64,000 nucleotides of DNA from an uncultured Candidatus Saccharibacteria bacterium (GCA_964594415.1 CAZQLQ010000005.1:96-64095), one strand, 5' to 3'. Numbered from the stretch's first letter, positions 27,914 through 37,571 are shown. Program-made: numbers and translations. The notes: generated by a model from the sequence alone, not told the origin.

Positions 27914-28179
27914 TTTAATCTCCCAATCTTATCTTCTTTGTCGCTGATTTCTGGTGGATCGTATTCATGAAAATGTTCACGTATCAACACCAGCATTTCG
28001 GGTATCTGTTCTTGTAGGAATTTTGTCATAGCAATGGTCTCAGAGATTATTTTGTCTGAAAACTCTTTTTTTGCAGTTTCTGAAAAATTCTCGAAGGCTA
28101 GGACCTTCTCTAAATGATTTTTCATAAGGAGAACGGCCTGTTTATATTCTTTTAAGGGCGTAAAGAACATTATAGTCAC
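27910..28179 (-). CDS. Hypothetical protein
   Basis: GTGA overlap with the upstream ORF; purine-rich RBS. Confidence 0.6.
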   Translation of the reverse strand: MTIMFFTPLKEYKQAVLLMKNHLEKVLAFENFSETAKKEFSDKIISETIAMTKFLQEQIPEMLVLIREHFHEYDPPEISDKEDKIGRLK

Positions 28180-28388
28180 CTCCCCCTGCTTGCCTGCGGT
28201 TCCTGCTTAAATGTGTTTGGATTATCTAGCGCTTTTTTGACAATACTTACTGCGATGTGGTTGCTACTTTCCCTTGCTTGAGATAATAGTCTCCCTAGTG
28301 CCTTTTTCTTCTCGTTTAGAGTCATTTTTGAGTTATTCCTAATTGTATTGATTTGATCCTCTAAAGCTTTCCTCGCCTGCTTTTTCAA
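28176..28388 (-). CDS. Hypothetical 70-aa basic protein
   Basis: TTG start after GGGGGTGA RBS; paralog at 29653-29848. Confidence 0.65.
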   Translation of the reverse strand: MKKQARKALEDQINTIRNNSKMTLNEKKKALGRLLSQARESSNHIAVSIVKKALDNPNTFKQEPQASRGR

Positions 28389-28536
28389 AGAATCACCCCC
28401 TTTACGAATTATTAATGTGCAAGGCAATATGTATTGAATTATTATAAATGCAATTTGTTTTAAGTAAAGGTGTTTTTTGTGAATTTTATTTGTTAAAATT
28501 GATTAAACGAGAAATAATAATATCTGTGAGGCGCCT

Positions 28537-29565
28537 ATGGACAAAGTTGAAATCAACAAGTTGCTTGAGAGGTTTTATGAACAGAATCCGGACTTTCTTG
28601 ATTGTAAGGTAGAATTGATAAAAAGTGGTAACAATAGATCGACATATTTACTCGAATCAAAAAGCGGTAAAAAGCTAATACTCAAAAAGTCTCATGCTAA
28701 AAACGATCTTCCCTTTTCGAGTTTAAATGATGTCCGGGTTCAGACTTTTATCAAGTCTTTAGGTTATGATTTTGTGCCCGAAATAATATTCTGTGACAAA
28801 GGAAATGAATATTTCATAGAAGCCTACGTTGGTGAAGAAAATATTAAAGTCAATGATATGAGTGACGAGTTACTCGAGGTTTTTGCCAAACAGTTAGCCG
28901 AGGTTCATAAGCAGACCTTTAGTCAATATCAAGAGTTTTGTAAAAAAAATGATTTTGAGGTTCCTAAGGCTATATTACCGGAAGAAAGTCTGAAGATTTT
29001 TGGTTTTAACAGATTTGAAATTGTTGAAAAACTATGTGAAGACAAGGAGGTCGTTAACTGTCTTAAAGGTCAACTAAATGCAAATCTTGAATTATTAAGA
29101 AAAAATAAGACTTCTGTTGATTCTGCTCACTTATTGTGGGGCATAATCGGTAATGAAATGCGTTTTAGTGGAGATAAAATTTATTTTGTGGGTTGGGAGT
29201 TTTCGAGAGTTGGAAATGGTTCAGAACTTTCTTTCATGAAAATCCATTCCGGTATAAATGAAAACGTTCTCAAAAAAATAATTGCTTTATATTCAAAATA
29301 TAGCGGGAAAACAGAAGAAGAGTTATATGAAGAAATTAAAATTGAAGAGAAAATTACAAGAGTAAATGATGCTATCTGGGCTACGATGAAATGGTGTGAA
29401 TCGGAAACAGAAGAAGACAAGGAGAAATATAAAGAACTGACTTTTGAACGTTTAAATCTTACTAAATTCGTATTATTTTCATTACCATTTTGGTTTTCAT
29501 TTTTAAACCTCCAATCAGGTTCTGATTTACTTTCGGTAATCGCTTTATTGTTTGCAACTTTGTGA
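28537..29565 (+). CDS. APH/choline-kinase-fold protein with degenerate catalytic motifs
   Basis: SGNNRSTY..K.ILK, LAEVH; WGII and VGWE where HGD and IDWE are expected. Confidence 0.7.
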   Translation: MDKVEINKLLERFYEQNPDFLDCKVELIKSGNNRSTYLLESKSGKKLILKKSHAKNDLPFSSLNDVRVQTFIKSLGYDFVPEIIFCDKGNEYFIEAYVGEENIKVNDMSDELLEVFAKQLAEVHKQTFSQYQEFCKKNDFEVPKAILPEESLKIFGFNRFEIVEKLCEDKEVVNCLKGQLNANLELLRKNKTSVDSAHLLWGIIGNEMRFSGDKIYFVGWEFSRVGNGSELSFMKIHSGINENVLKKIIALYSKYSGKTEEELYEEIKIEEKITRVNDAIWATMKWCESETEEDKEKYKELTFERLNLTKFVLFSLPFWFSFLNLQSGSDLLSVIALLFATL

Positions 29566-29652
29566 ATTAAGGATTGTTTCAAGGTCGATTCCGATTTGTT
29601 TGATTTCTAAATAAAATTCTGTTGATATGTTTGACATTAATCCCCCTATTCT

Positions 29653-29848
29653 TTATGCCTGTGCTCTAAATGCATTGGGATTATTGATAGCATTTTGAAT
29701 TAATCCAATTGCGATATGGTCACCATCCCTTTTTGCCTCGACCAACAACTTTTTTTAGTCTCTTCTTCCTTTAATTAAAGGTAATGTTCGTATCGTCCCC
29801 AATCTTCTTTATTTTACTTATTAAGGCTTCACGGGCTTGCTTTTTCAA
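29653..29848 (-). pseudogene. Decayed paralog of 28176-28388
   Basis: MKKQAREAL.. with in-frame TAA at 29771-29773 and one extra A in an A7 run; the restored tail HIAIGLIQNAINNPNAF aligns with HIAVSIVKKALDNPNTF. Confidence 0.8.
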
Positions 29849-30004
29849 AAAAACCACCTCCCTTACGAATTATTAATGAGCAACAATATGTATTAAATTA
29901 TTATAATTTCTATTTCTTTCATGTAAGGGTATTTATTAAAATTTTTCTTGTTTTAATTTTCTACTGTTTTATAATTTAACAAATGTAATAACGAGAAGGA
30001 TAAA

Positions 30005-30196
30005 ATGGAATTTTTTACGGACAATACTCAAATAATTGTTACAGTTGTATTATTATTTGCAATTATATTTTCAGGGGTTTTAAATCAATTTTTAGTTAAA
30101 CATACAAGTAAGGCAATCTACAGCTTTTTAAGATTAGCCACAATTATTGTTACAGTTATTTGTATTTTATATAACATCTTTTTCTTATTTTCTTGA
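30005..30196 (+). CDS. Small two-TM membrane protein
   Basis: AGGA RBS, upstream TATAAT, two hydrophobic segments. Confidence 0.6.
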   Translation: MEFFTDNTQIIVTVVLLFAIIFSGVLNQFLVKHTSKAIYSFLRLATIIVTVICILYNIFFLFS

Positions 30197-30235
30197 TTCA
30201 ATATTCTTAAGCGCTAATAATTTGTTTTAAAACAA

Positions 30236-30270
30236 AAAATAAGTCACCTAATAAATAAGTGACTTATTTT
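30236..30270. terminator. Bidirectional terminator after the duplicated tRNA end
   Basis: AAAATAAGTCAC...GTGACTTATTTT. Confidence 0.75.
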
Positions 30271-30291
30271 TGGCTGGGGAGGAGGGATTCG
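30271..30291 (-). repeat. Exact duplicate of the 3' 21 nt of tRNA-Gln
   Basis: TGGCTGGGGAGGAGGGATTCG, identical to 30455-30475. Confidence 0.9.
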
Positions 30292-30420
30292 CAGCAGAGC
30301 TGCTTCTCACCGCTATCATGACTACTATCTTGTTATTGTTTAATAAGATTTTCGACAAATTGTGCTTCTAGCTATAAACAAAGTTTTGTTCATGTCGGTG
30401 GTCTCACCTGCCTCACAACA

Positions 30421-30454
30421 GAAAAAAGCCTCCCACGAATGAGAAGCTTTTTTC
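30421..30454 (-). terminator. Terminator downstream of tRNA-Gln
   Basis: GAAAAAAGCTTCTCA..TGGGAGGCTTTTTTC on the minus strand. Confidence 0.75.
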
Positions 30455-30529
30455 TGGCTGGGGAGGAGGGATTCGAACCCCCGAATGCCGGGACCAAAAC
30501 CCGGTGCCTTACCACTTGGCGACTCCCCA
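30455..30529 (-). tRNA. tRNA-Gln(TTG) with encoded CCA
   Basis: TGGGGAGTCGCCAAGTGGTAAGGCACCGGGTTTTGGTCCCGGCATTCGGGGGTTCGAATCCCTCCTCCCCAGCCA; cloverleaf, anticodon TTG. Confidence 0.97.
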
Positions 30530-30570
30530 ATATTTTGTTTGCAACGAATAATATTTTATCTTAAATCGGC

Positions 30571-31518
30571 TTATTTTTCAATAGATTCGAGCTGTTTAAG
30601 GATATTCTGGATATCTTCATATGTATTTACTAAAACAGCTTGTTTACGTAATTCATGTGCACCGGGGAATCCTTTTATATACCATCCGAGGTGTTTACGC
30701 ATCTCTCTAATCCCCTTTTCCTCTCCTACAAATTCCATATTTCTTTTTGTTTGAAGCTCAATTATGCTAATTAAATCTTCTAAACTTCTTGAGTACTTTT
30801 TTTGTTCATTAATCTCTTTAAACAACCATGGATTTCCTAAACATCCCCTAGCTATCATTACTCCCGATACACTCTTGTTCATTCTTTTTTCTGCTTCTTG
30901 TAGGGAAAATATATCACCGTTTCCTATTACTGGAATTGTTAAGCTATTTGCAATCTCATAAATTGGATCCCAATTTGCTTCTCCTGAGTAGGCTTGTTTT
31001 GCAGTTCTGCCGTGAATAGATATCGAGTCAATTCCGATTTCTTCAAGCTTTTTTGTGAATTCAAAAATATTATATTCGCTCCAGCCAAGACGTAATTTAA
31101 CTGATAATTGGCCATTGAACTCTTTTCTTACAACTTTTAGCAATTCTAGCGCTTTGTCTAGGTCTTTAAGTAAAGCCGATCCGCATTCGTTACCAGTAAT
31201 TTTAGGTGCAGGGCAACCTAAGTTAATATCAATTCCGGCAGGCTTAATTCTATCATTTACAATATTCGCAGCCCTGGCTATAAGTTCTCCGCTATAACCA
31301 AAAATCTGGACAATTACCGGTTGTTCTTCAGGCAAGAACTTAACTATTTCTAAAGTTTCTTCAGGGTTATAAATTACCGCGTTTGAGGAAATCATTGGCG
31401 TAAAGACAATGTCTGCACCCATTTCTTTGCAAATAGAACGAAATGGCAAGGTGGTTATATTTGCCATCGGGGCCAAAATTATGGCTGGTTTTTTTATTTT
31501 AGACCATTTGAAGCTCAT
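30571..31518 (-). CDS. dusB: tRNA-dihydrouridine synthase
   Basis: LAPMA, IDINLGCP, IHGRT, NGDI, MRKHLGWY. Confidence 0.93.
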   Translation of the reverse strand: MSFKWSKIKKPAIILAPMANITTLPFRSICKEMGADIVFTPMISSNAVIYNPEETLEIVKFLPEEQPVIVQIFGYSGELIARAANIVNDRIKPAGIDINLGCPAPKITGNECGSALLKDLDKALELLKVVRKEFNGQLSVKLRLGWSEYNIFEFTKKLEEIGIDSISIHGRTAKQAYSGEANWDPIYEIANSLTIPVIGNGDIFSLQEAEKRMNKSVSGVMIARGCLGNPWLFKEINEQKKYSRSLEDLISIIELQTKRNMEFVGEEKGIREMRKHLGWYIKGFPGAHELRKQAVLVNTYEDIQNILKQLESIEK

Positions 31519-31519
31519 T

Positions 31520-32911
31520 TTATTTCTTGCGTAATCTTGAAGATCCTTCGTAATCTTCCGCGATCCAGCCTAACTGAGAAATTTCTGCCCTCAATTTATC
31601 AGACGTTTCGTAGACTTTGTTTTTCTTGGCATCGATATATTTATCAAATAATTTATTTACTTCTTCGCTTGGCTTAATTTCTAGGCTTAGGTCTAGCCCT
31701 AAAACCTTGTCTAGGCCAAAGAGGAGATCTAAAATCTGTTCTGAATCATTTCTTGAGATCCCCTGAGCTAATAGCTTGTTCACTTCGCTTCTAAGATTAA
31801 ATATAGTAGAAAGCGCTTTTGGCATACCCAAGTCGTCATTTAAAGCTTCTTCAAACCCTTTTTTTGCGTCTTCAACCAATTTATTTATTTCAATATTATT
31901 TTGTATTTTTTCGTTTGCACCTTCTCTTAATTTAGCTACGAAATCTCTTAGGCCGTTAAGGGTATTTTGAGCTTGTTCTATCGAGTCCTTCGTAAAGTTT
32001 AGCCTTTCCCTATAATGTGACATAAGACAAAGCATTCTAAATGCGAGTGGCTCTATGTTAAATTTGTCTTTTAAATCTACAATAGTGTAAAAATTTCCAA
32101 GCGATTTTGACATTTTATCGCCTTCAACTAGAAGATGTTCACCATGGAACCAATAATTCACAAAATTTTTACCAGTATAAGCTTCGGATTGAGCAATTTC
32201 GTTTTCATGGTGCGGAAACAAGAGATCAATTCCACCAGCATGAATGTCTAAAGTTTCTCCGAGGTATTTCATGCTCATAGCTGAACATTCTATATGCCAA
32301 CCAGGACGACCTTTTCCGAAAGGGGTGTCCCACGAGGGCTCCCCAGGTTTTGAAGCCTTCCAAAGTGCAAAATCTTGCGCATTTTCTTTATCATATTCGT
32401 CTTGCGCAATTCTGCTTTCCGTATTTTCGCTTGAAACTATTGCGTCTGATAATTTTCCATAGTTTTTAAATTTTGCTACTGAAAAATAGATCGAGCCGTC
32501 TTCGGATTTATAAGCTATCTCTTTTTCTAGTAGTTTCTCAATTATCCTTATCATCCAGTCAATTTCCTCGGTCGCTCTTGGCATAATTTCCGGAGTTTCT
32601 ATGTTTAGTAGCTCTATATGTTCAAGAAAGATTTTCTCATATTTTTCGGTAATTTCATGGTAATCGACATCTCGTGCTATAGAATCACGAATAATCTTGT
32701 CATCAATGTCGGTTATATTCATTACCATATTCATTTCATAACCGAGGTATTTAAGCCAACGCCTAAGGAAATCAACGTTTAAATAAGTCCTAAGATTACC
32801 AATATGTGCATAATTGTAAACCGTGGGGCCGCAAGAATATAATTTTACCTTGCCTTCTTCAATTGTTTCAAATTCTTCTTTTTGTTTTGTAAGAGAGTTG
32901 TAAATCTTCAT
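31520..32911 (-). CDS. cysS: Cysteine--tRNA ligase
   Basis: CGPTVY..HIGN, GRPGWHIECS, FPHHENE, KMSKS. Confidence 0.99.
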   Translation of the reverse strand: MKIYNSLTKQKEEFETIEEGKVKLYSCGPTVYNYAHIGNLRTYLNVDFLRRWLKYLGYEMNMVMNITDIDDKIIRDSIARDVDYHEITEKYEKIFLEHIELLNIETPEIMPRATEEIDWMIRIIEKLLEKEIAYKSEDGSIYFSVAKFKNYGKLSDAIVSSENTESRIAQDEYDKENAQDFALWKASKPGEPSWDTPFGKGRPGWHIECSAMSMKYLGETLDIHAGGIDLLFPHHENEIAQSEAYTGKNFVNYWFHGEHLLVEGDKMSKSLGNFYTIVDLKDKFNIEPLAFRMLCLMSHYRERLNFTKDSIEQAQNTLNGLRDFVAKLREGANEKIQNNIEINKLVEDAKKGFEEALNDDLGMPKALSTIFNLRSEVNKLLAQGISRNDSEQILDLLFGLDKVLGLDLSLEIKPSEEVNKLFDKYIDAKKNKVYETSDKLRAEISQLGWIAEDYEGSSRLRKK

Positions 32912-34656
32912 TTCAAATATTCTCCTGATTGTATTTTGAATAATTTAGAGTAAATTCCCTGCTTTTTGATTAACTCTTTATGACTTCCCATTTCGGCTAT
33001 TTTACCTTTATCCAGCACAACTATCAAGTCTGCTCGCATAACTGTAGAAAGTCGGTGTGCAATTATAATTGTAGTTCTGCCTTTTATGAGTTTCCATAAT
33101 GCGTCCTGAATTAGCTTTTCGCTTTCCGAGTCAAGACTTGAAGTTGCCTCGTCAAGTACTAATACAGGTGGGTTTTTGAGTATAGCTCTTGCAATATTGA
33201 TTCTTTGTCTTTCCCCTCCCGAAAGCTTTACTCCTCTTTCTCCAATAATTGTATTATATCCTTTAGGTAATCTTGATATAAACTGATCGGCATTTGCTAT
33301 TTTTGCCGCCTCTAGGACTTCTTTATTTGTTGCATTTGGCTTTCCAAAGCGTATGTTCATATTAACCGTATCATTAAACAATTGCGATTCTTGTATAACG
33401 ACTGCGATATTATTTCTTAATGATTCTTGGGTAATGTTTTTGATATTTACATTATCAAGAAGTATTTCACCCTTCTGGGGATCGTAAAACCTGAGTAGTA
33501 ATTTTGCGATAGTCGATTTGCCCGTACCACTTTTACCGATAATAGCTACCGTCTGCCCATTTTTTATCCTTAGATTAAAATTATGAATAACTTTTTCATC
33601 TTTGTAGGCAAAGCTAATATTTCTAAATTCAATTCCACCACTAGCAACTTTTATTTTTTTTGCATTTTCTACATCGGTAATCTCTGGTTTCTGATTAAGG
33701 AAATCTGATAAAAGTTCTATGCTTATAATGTCTCTTTGTGCGTTGTCATATATATCAGCAATATAGTTTATTGGGCTAAATGCTCTCCAAGAAAATGAAT
33801 TAGCCATTATCAGGGTGCCTAATGACATTTTTCCAGTAATTGTCCAGTAAGCTCCTATTGCCATAATTGAAGTAGTAGCGATGTCAAATAAATTGCCTTG
33901 TAAAAATCTCATTTTTACTCTTATTTTGGTGCGCTCCATAGTCTTTATAAGAATATTATCAAGAATCCTTGTAAACTTATTCAGCTGTCTTTCTTCGGCA
34001 CTAAATGACTTGATTGTTTGAACGCCAACAATTGATTCTATTATTTTGCCTCCGGCCCTTTCTTCTAATTTCCTGATTATTTTCTGCTTAGCATTTAAAG
34101 ATTTTCTGTATCTAGATACAGCGACAATGTAGAGGGCCACGCAAGTGATAGTGATTAATCCGAAAACAATGTGAATCCTAAATAAAAAATAGACAGCGAC
34201 TAAAACAAACAAGATTTGCGGTACAACTTCAACTACAAGATTATTAATAACATTTAGAGTGTCATTTACTCCCTTATCAACCCTTTCTTTGATTTTGCCA
34301 GTAGAATTTGACTCAAAGAAGCTTAGGGAGAGTTCGTTTAGATGGCCGAATGACTGAACTGACATTTTATTTCGAGAAGATGTCCACCATTTTTGTGATA
34401 TATACCTTTTGATTAAGTTGAATATTGTTTCAAAAAAAATGATAATTGAGTAAAAGATAACTAACCGTATGAAATTGGTATCTTTTATAGTATAGTTGTT
34501 TGTTCTGACTTGATTCTCTACAATATCAAAAATCTGTTTTTGTATTAGGGGCAAGGTTGTTGATAGTCCTACTCCAATTAGTGAAATGACTAGAATCAAT
34601 GCCAGAAGTTTTCTGTCAATTTTTGCAAAGCTAATTGATTTTAAAAAGCTTAACAT
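32908..34656 (-). CDS. ABC exporter, fused permease/ATPase
   Basis: N-terminal TMs; GKSGTGKS, LSGGERQR, LDEATS. Confidence 0.95.
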   Translation of the reverse strand: MLSFLKSISFAKIDRKLLALILVISLIGVGLSTTLPLIQKQIFDIVENQVRTNNYTIKDTNFIRLVIFYSIIIFFETIFNLIKRYISQKWWTSSRNKMSVQSFGHLNELSLSFFESNSTGKIKERVDKGVNDTLNVINNLVVEVVPQILFVLVAVYFLFRIHIVFGLITITCVALYIVAVSRYRKSLNAKQKIIRKLEERAGGKIIESIVGVQTIKSFSAEERQLNKFTRILDNILIKTMERTKIRVKMRFLQGNLFDIATTSIMAIGAYWTITGKMSLGTLIMANSFSWRAFSPINYIADIYDNAQRDIISIELLSDFLNQKPEITDVENAKKIKVASGGIEFRNISFAYKDEKVIHNFNLRIKNGQTVAIIGKSGTGKSTIAKLLLRFYDPQKGEILLDNVNIKNITQESLRNNIAVVIQESQLFNDTVNMNIRFGKPNATNKEVLEAAKIANADQFISRLPKGYNTIIGERGVKLSGGERQRINIARAILKNPPVLVLDEATSSLDSESEKLIQDALWKLIKGRTTIIIAHRLSTVMRADLIVVLDKGKIAEMGSHKELIKKQGIYSKLFKIQSGEYLK

Positions 34657-34658
34657 CT

Positions 34659-35258
34659 CTAGTATTCCCTTCTGCCTTCAAGCGCTCTTGTTAGAGTTAT
34701 TTCATCGGCGTATTCAAGGTCGCCGCCGACGGGTAATCCTCGGGCGATTCTGGTAATCTTAATATCTAAATCTTTAAGTTGATTTTGGATATATAGCGCA
34801 GTGGTTTCGCCTTCTAGATTTGGATTTGTTGCGAGAATTATTTCTTTTACTTCGCCACTATTGGCTCTGATAATCAATTCTTTAATAAATAAATCATCTG
34901 GTCCTATGCCTTCAACTGGTGATATTGCGCCTCCGAGCACATGGTAAAGCCCTTTAAATTGTCCTGTTTTTTCTATTGCCACGGCATCTAGTGGTTCTGC
35001 CACAACACAGATTAGTGAGCTGTCCCTATACCCGTCAGAACAAATAGGACAAACTTCTCCTTCGGAAAAATTACAACAGATTGAGCAAATACTGATATCT
35101 TTTTTTAAATCAATTGCCGCATTTCCTAGCGAAATAGAGGCTTGTTCTGGTCTTCTCAGCAAATAAAAAGTCAACCTCTGGGCTGTTTTCGGTCCTATTC
35201 CTGGAAGCTTTGAGAACTCTTCTATTAAATTTTGAATATTTTTTGGGATGATGTTCAT
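34659..35258 (-). CDS. recR: Recombination mediator RecR
   Basis: LPGIGPKTAQRL, C4 zinc finger, ATNPNLEGE, GLPVGGDLEYAD. Confidence 0.98.
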   Translation of the reverse strand: MNIIPKNIQNLIEEFSKLPGIGPKTAQRLTFYLLRRPEQASISLGNAAIDLKKDISICSICCNFSEGEVCPICSDGYRDSSLICVVAEPLDAVAIEKTGQFKGLYHVLGGAISPVEGIGPDDLFIKELIIRANSGEVKEIILATNPNLEGETTALYIQNQLKDLDIKITRIARGLPVGGDLEYADEITLTRALEGRREY

Positions 35259-35270
35259 GGTTTTCCCAAT

Positions 35271-35306
35271 AAAATCAACCTTTAAGTCACCCCAAAGGTT
35301 GATTTT
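35271..35306. terminator. Hairpin between ybaB and recR
   Basis: AAAATCAACCTTT...AAAGGTTGATTTT. Confidence 0.55.
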
Positions 35307-35321
35307 TGTTATTCAGCAAAA

Positions 35322-35621
35322 TTACATTCCCGGAAAGCCGTCAAATCCGCCGACTTCTTTCATCAAGTTTGCAGCATAATCTTGAGACTTCTTAATACCG
35401 CTTTCTAGGGCAGTTTTGATATCTTTTTCGAGTACTTCAAGCTTTCCGGGATCAAAGTCATCCTTGTTTATTGATACTTTTTGTATTTTTTGTTCGCCGT
35501 TTATAACAATTGTTACAGCACCAGATTCGACTGTAATTATCTCGTCTTTTAGTTTTTTCTGAATTTCTCGCGCTTTCTTGACGAGCTCAAATTGTTCTTT
35601 CGCTTTTCCAAACATTGCCAT
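35322..35621 (-). CDS. ybaB: Nucleoid-associated protein YbaB/EbfC
   Basis: A.EIQKKL..E, GAVTIVINGEQKI; adjacent to recR. Confidence 0.88.
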   Translation of the reverse strand: MAMFGKAKEQFELVKKAREIQKKLKDEIITVESGAVTIVINGEQKIQKVSINKDDFDPGKLEVLEKDIKTALESGIKKSQDYAANLMKEVGGFDGFPGM

Positions 35622-35647
35622 GATTTGCCTTTCAAAATTATTTTTAC

Positions 35648-37402
35648 TTAGAGCTTATAGATTAATATAGAACCACCGATGTTGTCAACAGGTTCGATAC
35701 TATCAAGGAATGAATAATCCACACCTCCGTTTGCACCTTTTTTTAGCTTTGAGTTCTGATAAAAAGTAGCACTAACGGCAAAATAACCGTTCGGACGGCC
35801 ATTTTGAACATGCCATTCAATAGCCTTATCTCCCATATAATAAAGAATTTCTGGGTCGTAACTACCAGGAAAAACATCCACGTATATTTGGTCTACATTA
35901 TTATCAATCGTCCATTGGTTTAGGCGTTTTATGTCTTGGCCCCAATCAATGTTAGAATCTGTAAGATATTTATAGCCATTTTTATAACCGCCAATAAACT
36001 CGTTGAAATAAGACAAGTAGTGAGGGTAGGTAAATAACCCAGAAAGCATATACCAGCCCATCATAAGAACAATAAACCAAGCGATGCTAAATTCTCTGAG
36101 GTTTTTACTCGTCTTCTTAAGATTATCAAGAGTAATCAGGTTTGCTAATGGCGAAACAAATACAAATATATATGCATAAATTGGCAACATGTAGCGAATT
36201 CCAAGGCATAATTTGCCCTGCATTCCCATTGCCAAAAGAACCGCAGGAAGGACCCAAAAATAAGTTTCTGTAAACCAGTCCTTTTTGTCTAGTTTTTTCC
36301 ATAAAACGAAAGTCAGAATAAGCAGTATGAAAATAGGAATCTGAGTTTTTAGAGCAATAACGACTGGGTAATAATACCACCAGCCTTGATTTGAAGTCAT
36401 GCCCAAAAGATATGCATCGTGTCCTCCCTCTACATGAGCAGTAACCATCGCAAAACCCAAAAGCCATTGTGCAAGGGGTTTTGTGAGAGCATTGTCGGAC
36501 ATTATTTGAAGCGGTGCGGTAAATGGACCTACTTGTGACTCTGTGATCAAATCCTTTTGTACTTGAGAAGGCATATTAATTGTGTGAGGTATATAGTAAA
36601 GCCACATTGTTAAAATGCCGATAAAAACTATTATTGCGAAGCCTAAGAAGCTACTAAGTGCACGCTTCGTCCATTTCTTATCGTTTACTTGTTCAAGTAT
36701 GTTTTTATTGCTTTCATTACCCTTCTTGAATATCAACAGTAACCAGATTAATAAATAGGTTGGCGCCAATACTGCTGCTGAAAATTTCGTCACCAACACA
36801 AGGCCGAAAGCAAGTCCTGCGATAATTATGTTCTTTAAATTTGGTTTTTTGATGAATTTGTAAACCGTGTACGTACTAACAAAAAATGCAAACGAAATTC
36901 CCAAGTCCGTAGTAACAAACCTTGAATGTGCAATTATGTTTACGTTGAATACAAACAAAATTAATGCAAATAAGCCAGCTTTCTCTCCGAAAAGTTCCTT
37001 TGCCCATTTATAAACAAAAAAACCGAATAAAACAGACAAAAGCATTATTGGGATTTCGGCCACTAGCTTTATAAAATCAGGGTTGTTGCCCATCTTGAAT
37101 AGAAAGCTCCATCCCATTTCCCATTGGTTATTGACCACTGGGTTGTTGGACTCCCAAAGGCTGAAAGGAAATTCAAGATTAAACAATGTCAAAGGTAACG
37201 CTGCAAGATCTTTAATCAGTGGTGGATGTTCAGGGTTAAGCCTATAATCTCCAGTAGTAATATATGAGTATCCAGAAGGAATGTGGGCTATCTCATCTAC
37301 GATAACCGAATCGCCTTTTGCAGAAAAAAACATTAATAAAAACATTGTAATTAGTAGAGATGAGATCGATATAGGATAAAACCATTTTTTTAGAAAATTC
37401 AT
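35648..37402 (-). CDS. GT-C fold membrane glycosyltransferase (ArnT/PMT-like)
   Basis: DE.AHIPSGYSY, EHPPL, VTTD, KFS, DSNIDWGQD; many TMs. Confidence 0.85.
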   Translation of the reverse strand: MNFLKKWFYPISISSLLITMFLLMFFSAKGDSVIVDEIAHIPSGYSYITTGDYRLNPEHPPLIKDLAALPLTLFNLEFPFSLWESNNPVVNNQWEMGWSFLFKMGNNPDFIKLVAEIPIMLLSVLFGFFVYKWAKELFGEKAGLFALILFVFNVNIIAHSRFVTTDLGISFAFFVSTYTVYKFIKKPNLKNIIIAGLAFGLVLVTKFSAAVLAPTYLLIWLLLIFKKGNESNKNILEQVNDKKWTKRALSSFLGFAIIVFIGILTMWLYYIPHTINMPSQVQKDLITESQVGPFTAPLQIMSDNALTKPLAQWLLGFAMVTAHVEGGHDAYLLGMTSNQGWWYYYPVVIALKTQIPIFILLILTFVLWKKLDKKDWFTETYFWVLPAVLLAMGMQGKLCLGIRYMLPIYAYIFVFVSPLANLITLDNLKKTSKNLREFSIAWFIVLMMGWYMLSGLFTYPHYLSYFNEFIGGYKNGYKYLTDSNIDWGQDIKRLNQWTIDNNVDQIYVDVFPGSYDPEILYYMGDKAIEWHVQNGRPNGYFAVSATFYQNSKLKKGANGGVDYSFLDSIEPVDNIGGSILIYKL

Positions 37403-37429
37403 AATGCCCCCAATATTTATGTTAAGTTA

Positions 37430-37570
37430 TTAAAATGGTAAAAAATTAAAAAAGATTACGTATAAGAAAAAAAACCACTCTTTCTTTAAAAGATATAATG
37501 CCAAAACCGCTAAAGCTATTAGTATAAAGACCAATATTTCACTAAGTTCTTTTTTGCTTGTAGATCTCAA
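37430..37570 (-). CDS. 46-aa hydrophobic membrane microprotein (not in the ORF track)
   Basis: TTG start after GGAGG; MRSTSKKELSEILVFILIALAVLALYLLKKEWFFFLYVIFFNFLPF. Confidence 0.55.
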   Translation of the reverse strand: MRSTSKKELSEILVFILIALAVLALYLLKKEWFFFLYVIFFNFLPF

Positions 37571-37571
37571 A

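Noticed and set aside
29181-29582. 133-aa minus-strand ORF
   Set aside because: Antisense to the kinase-fold gene, no RBS, and it runs through decayed sequence
30271-30475. attL/attR of a prophage or integrative element
   Set aside because: The two copies are only 184 bp apart, with no integrase or phage gene; kept as a tRNA-linked repeat
30485-30754. 89-aa plus-strand ORF
   Set aside because: Antisense to tRNA-Gln and dusB
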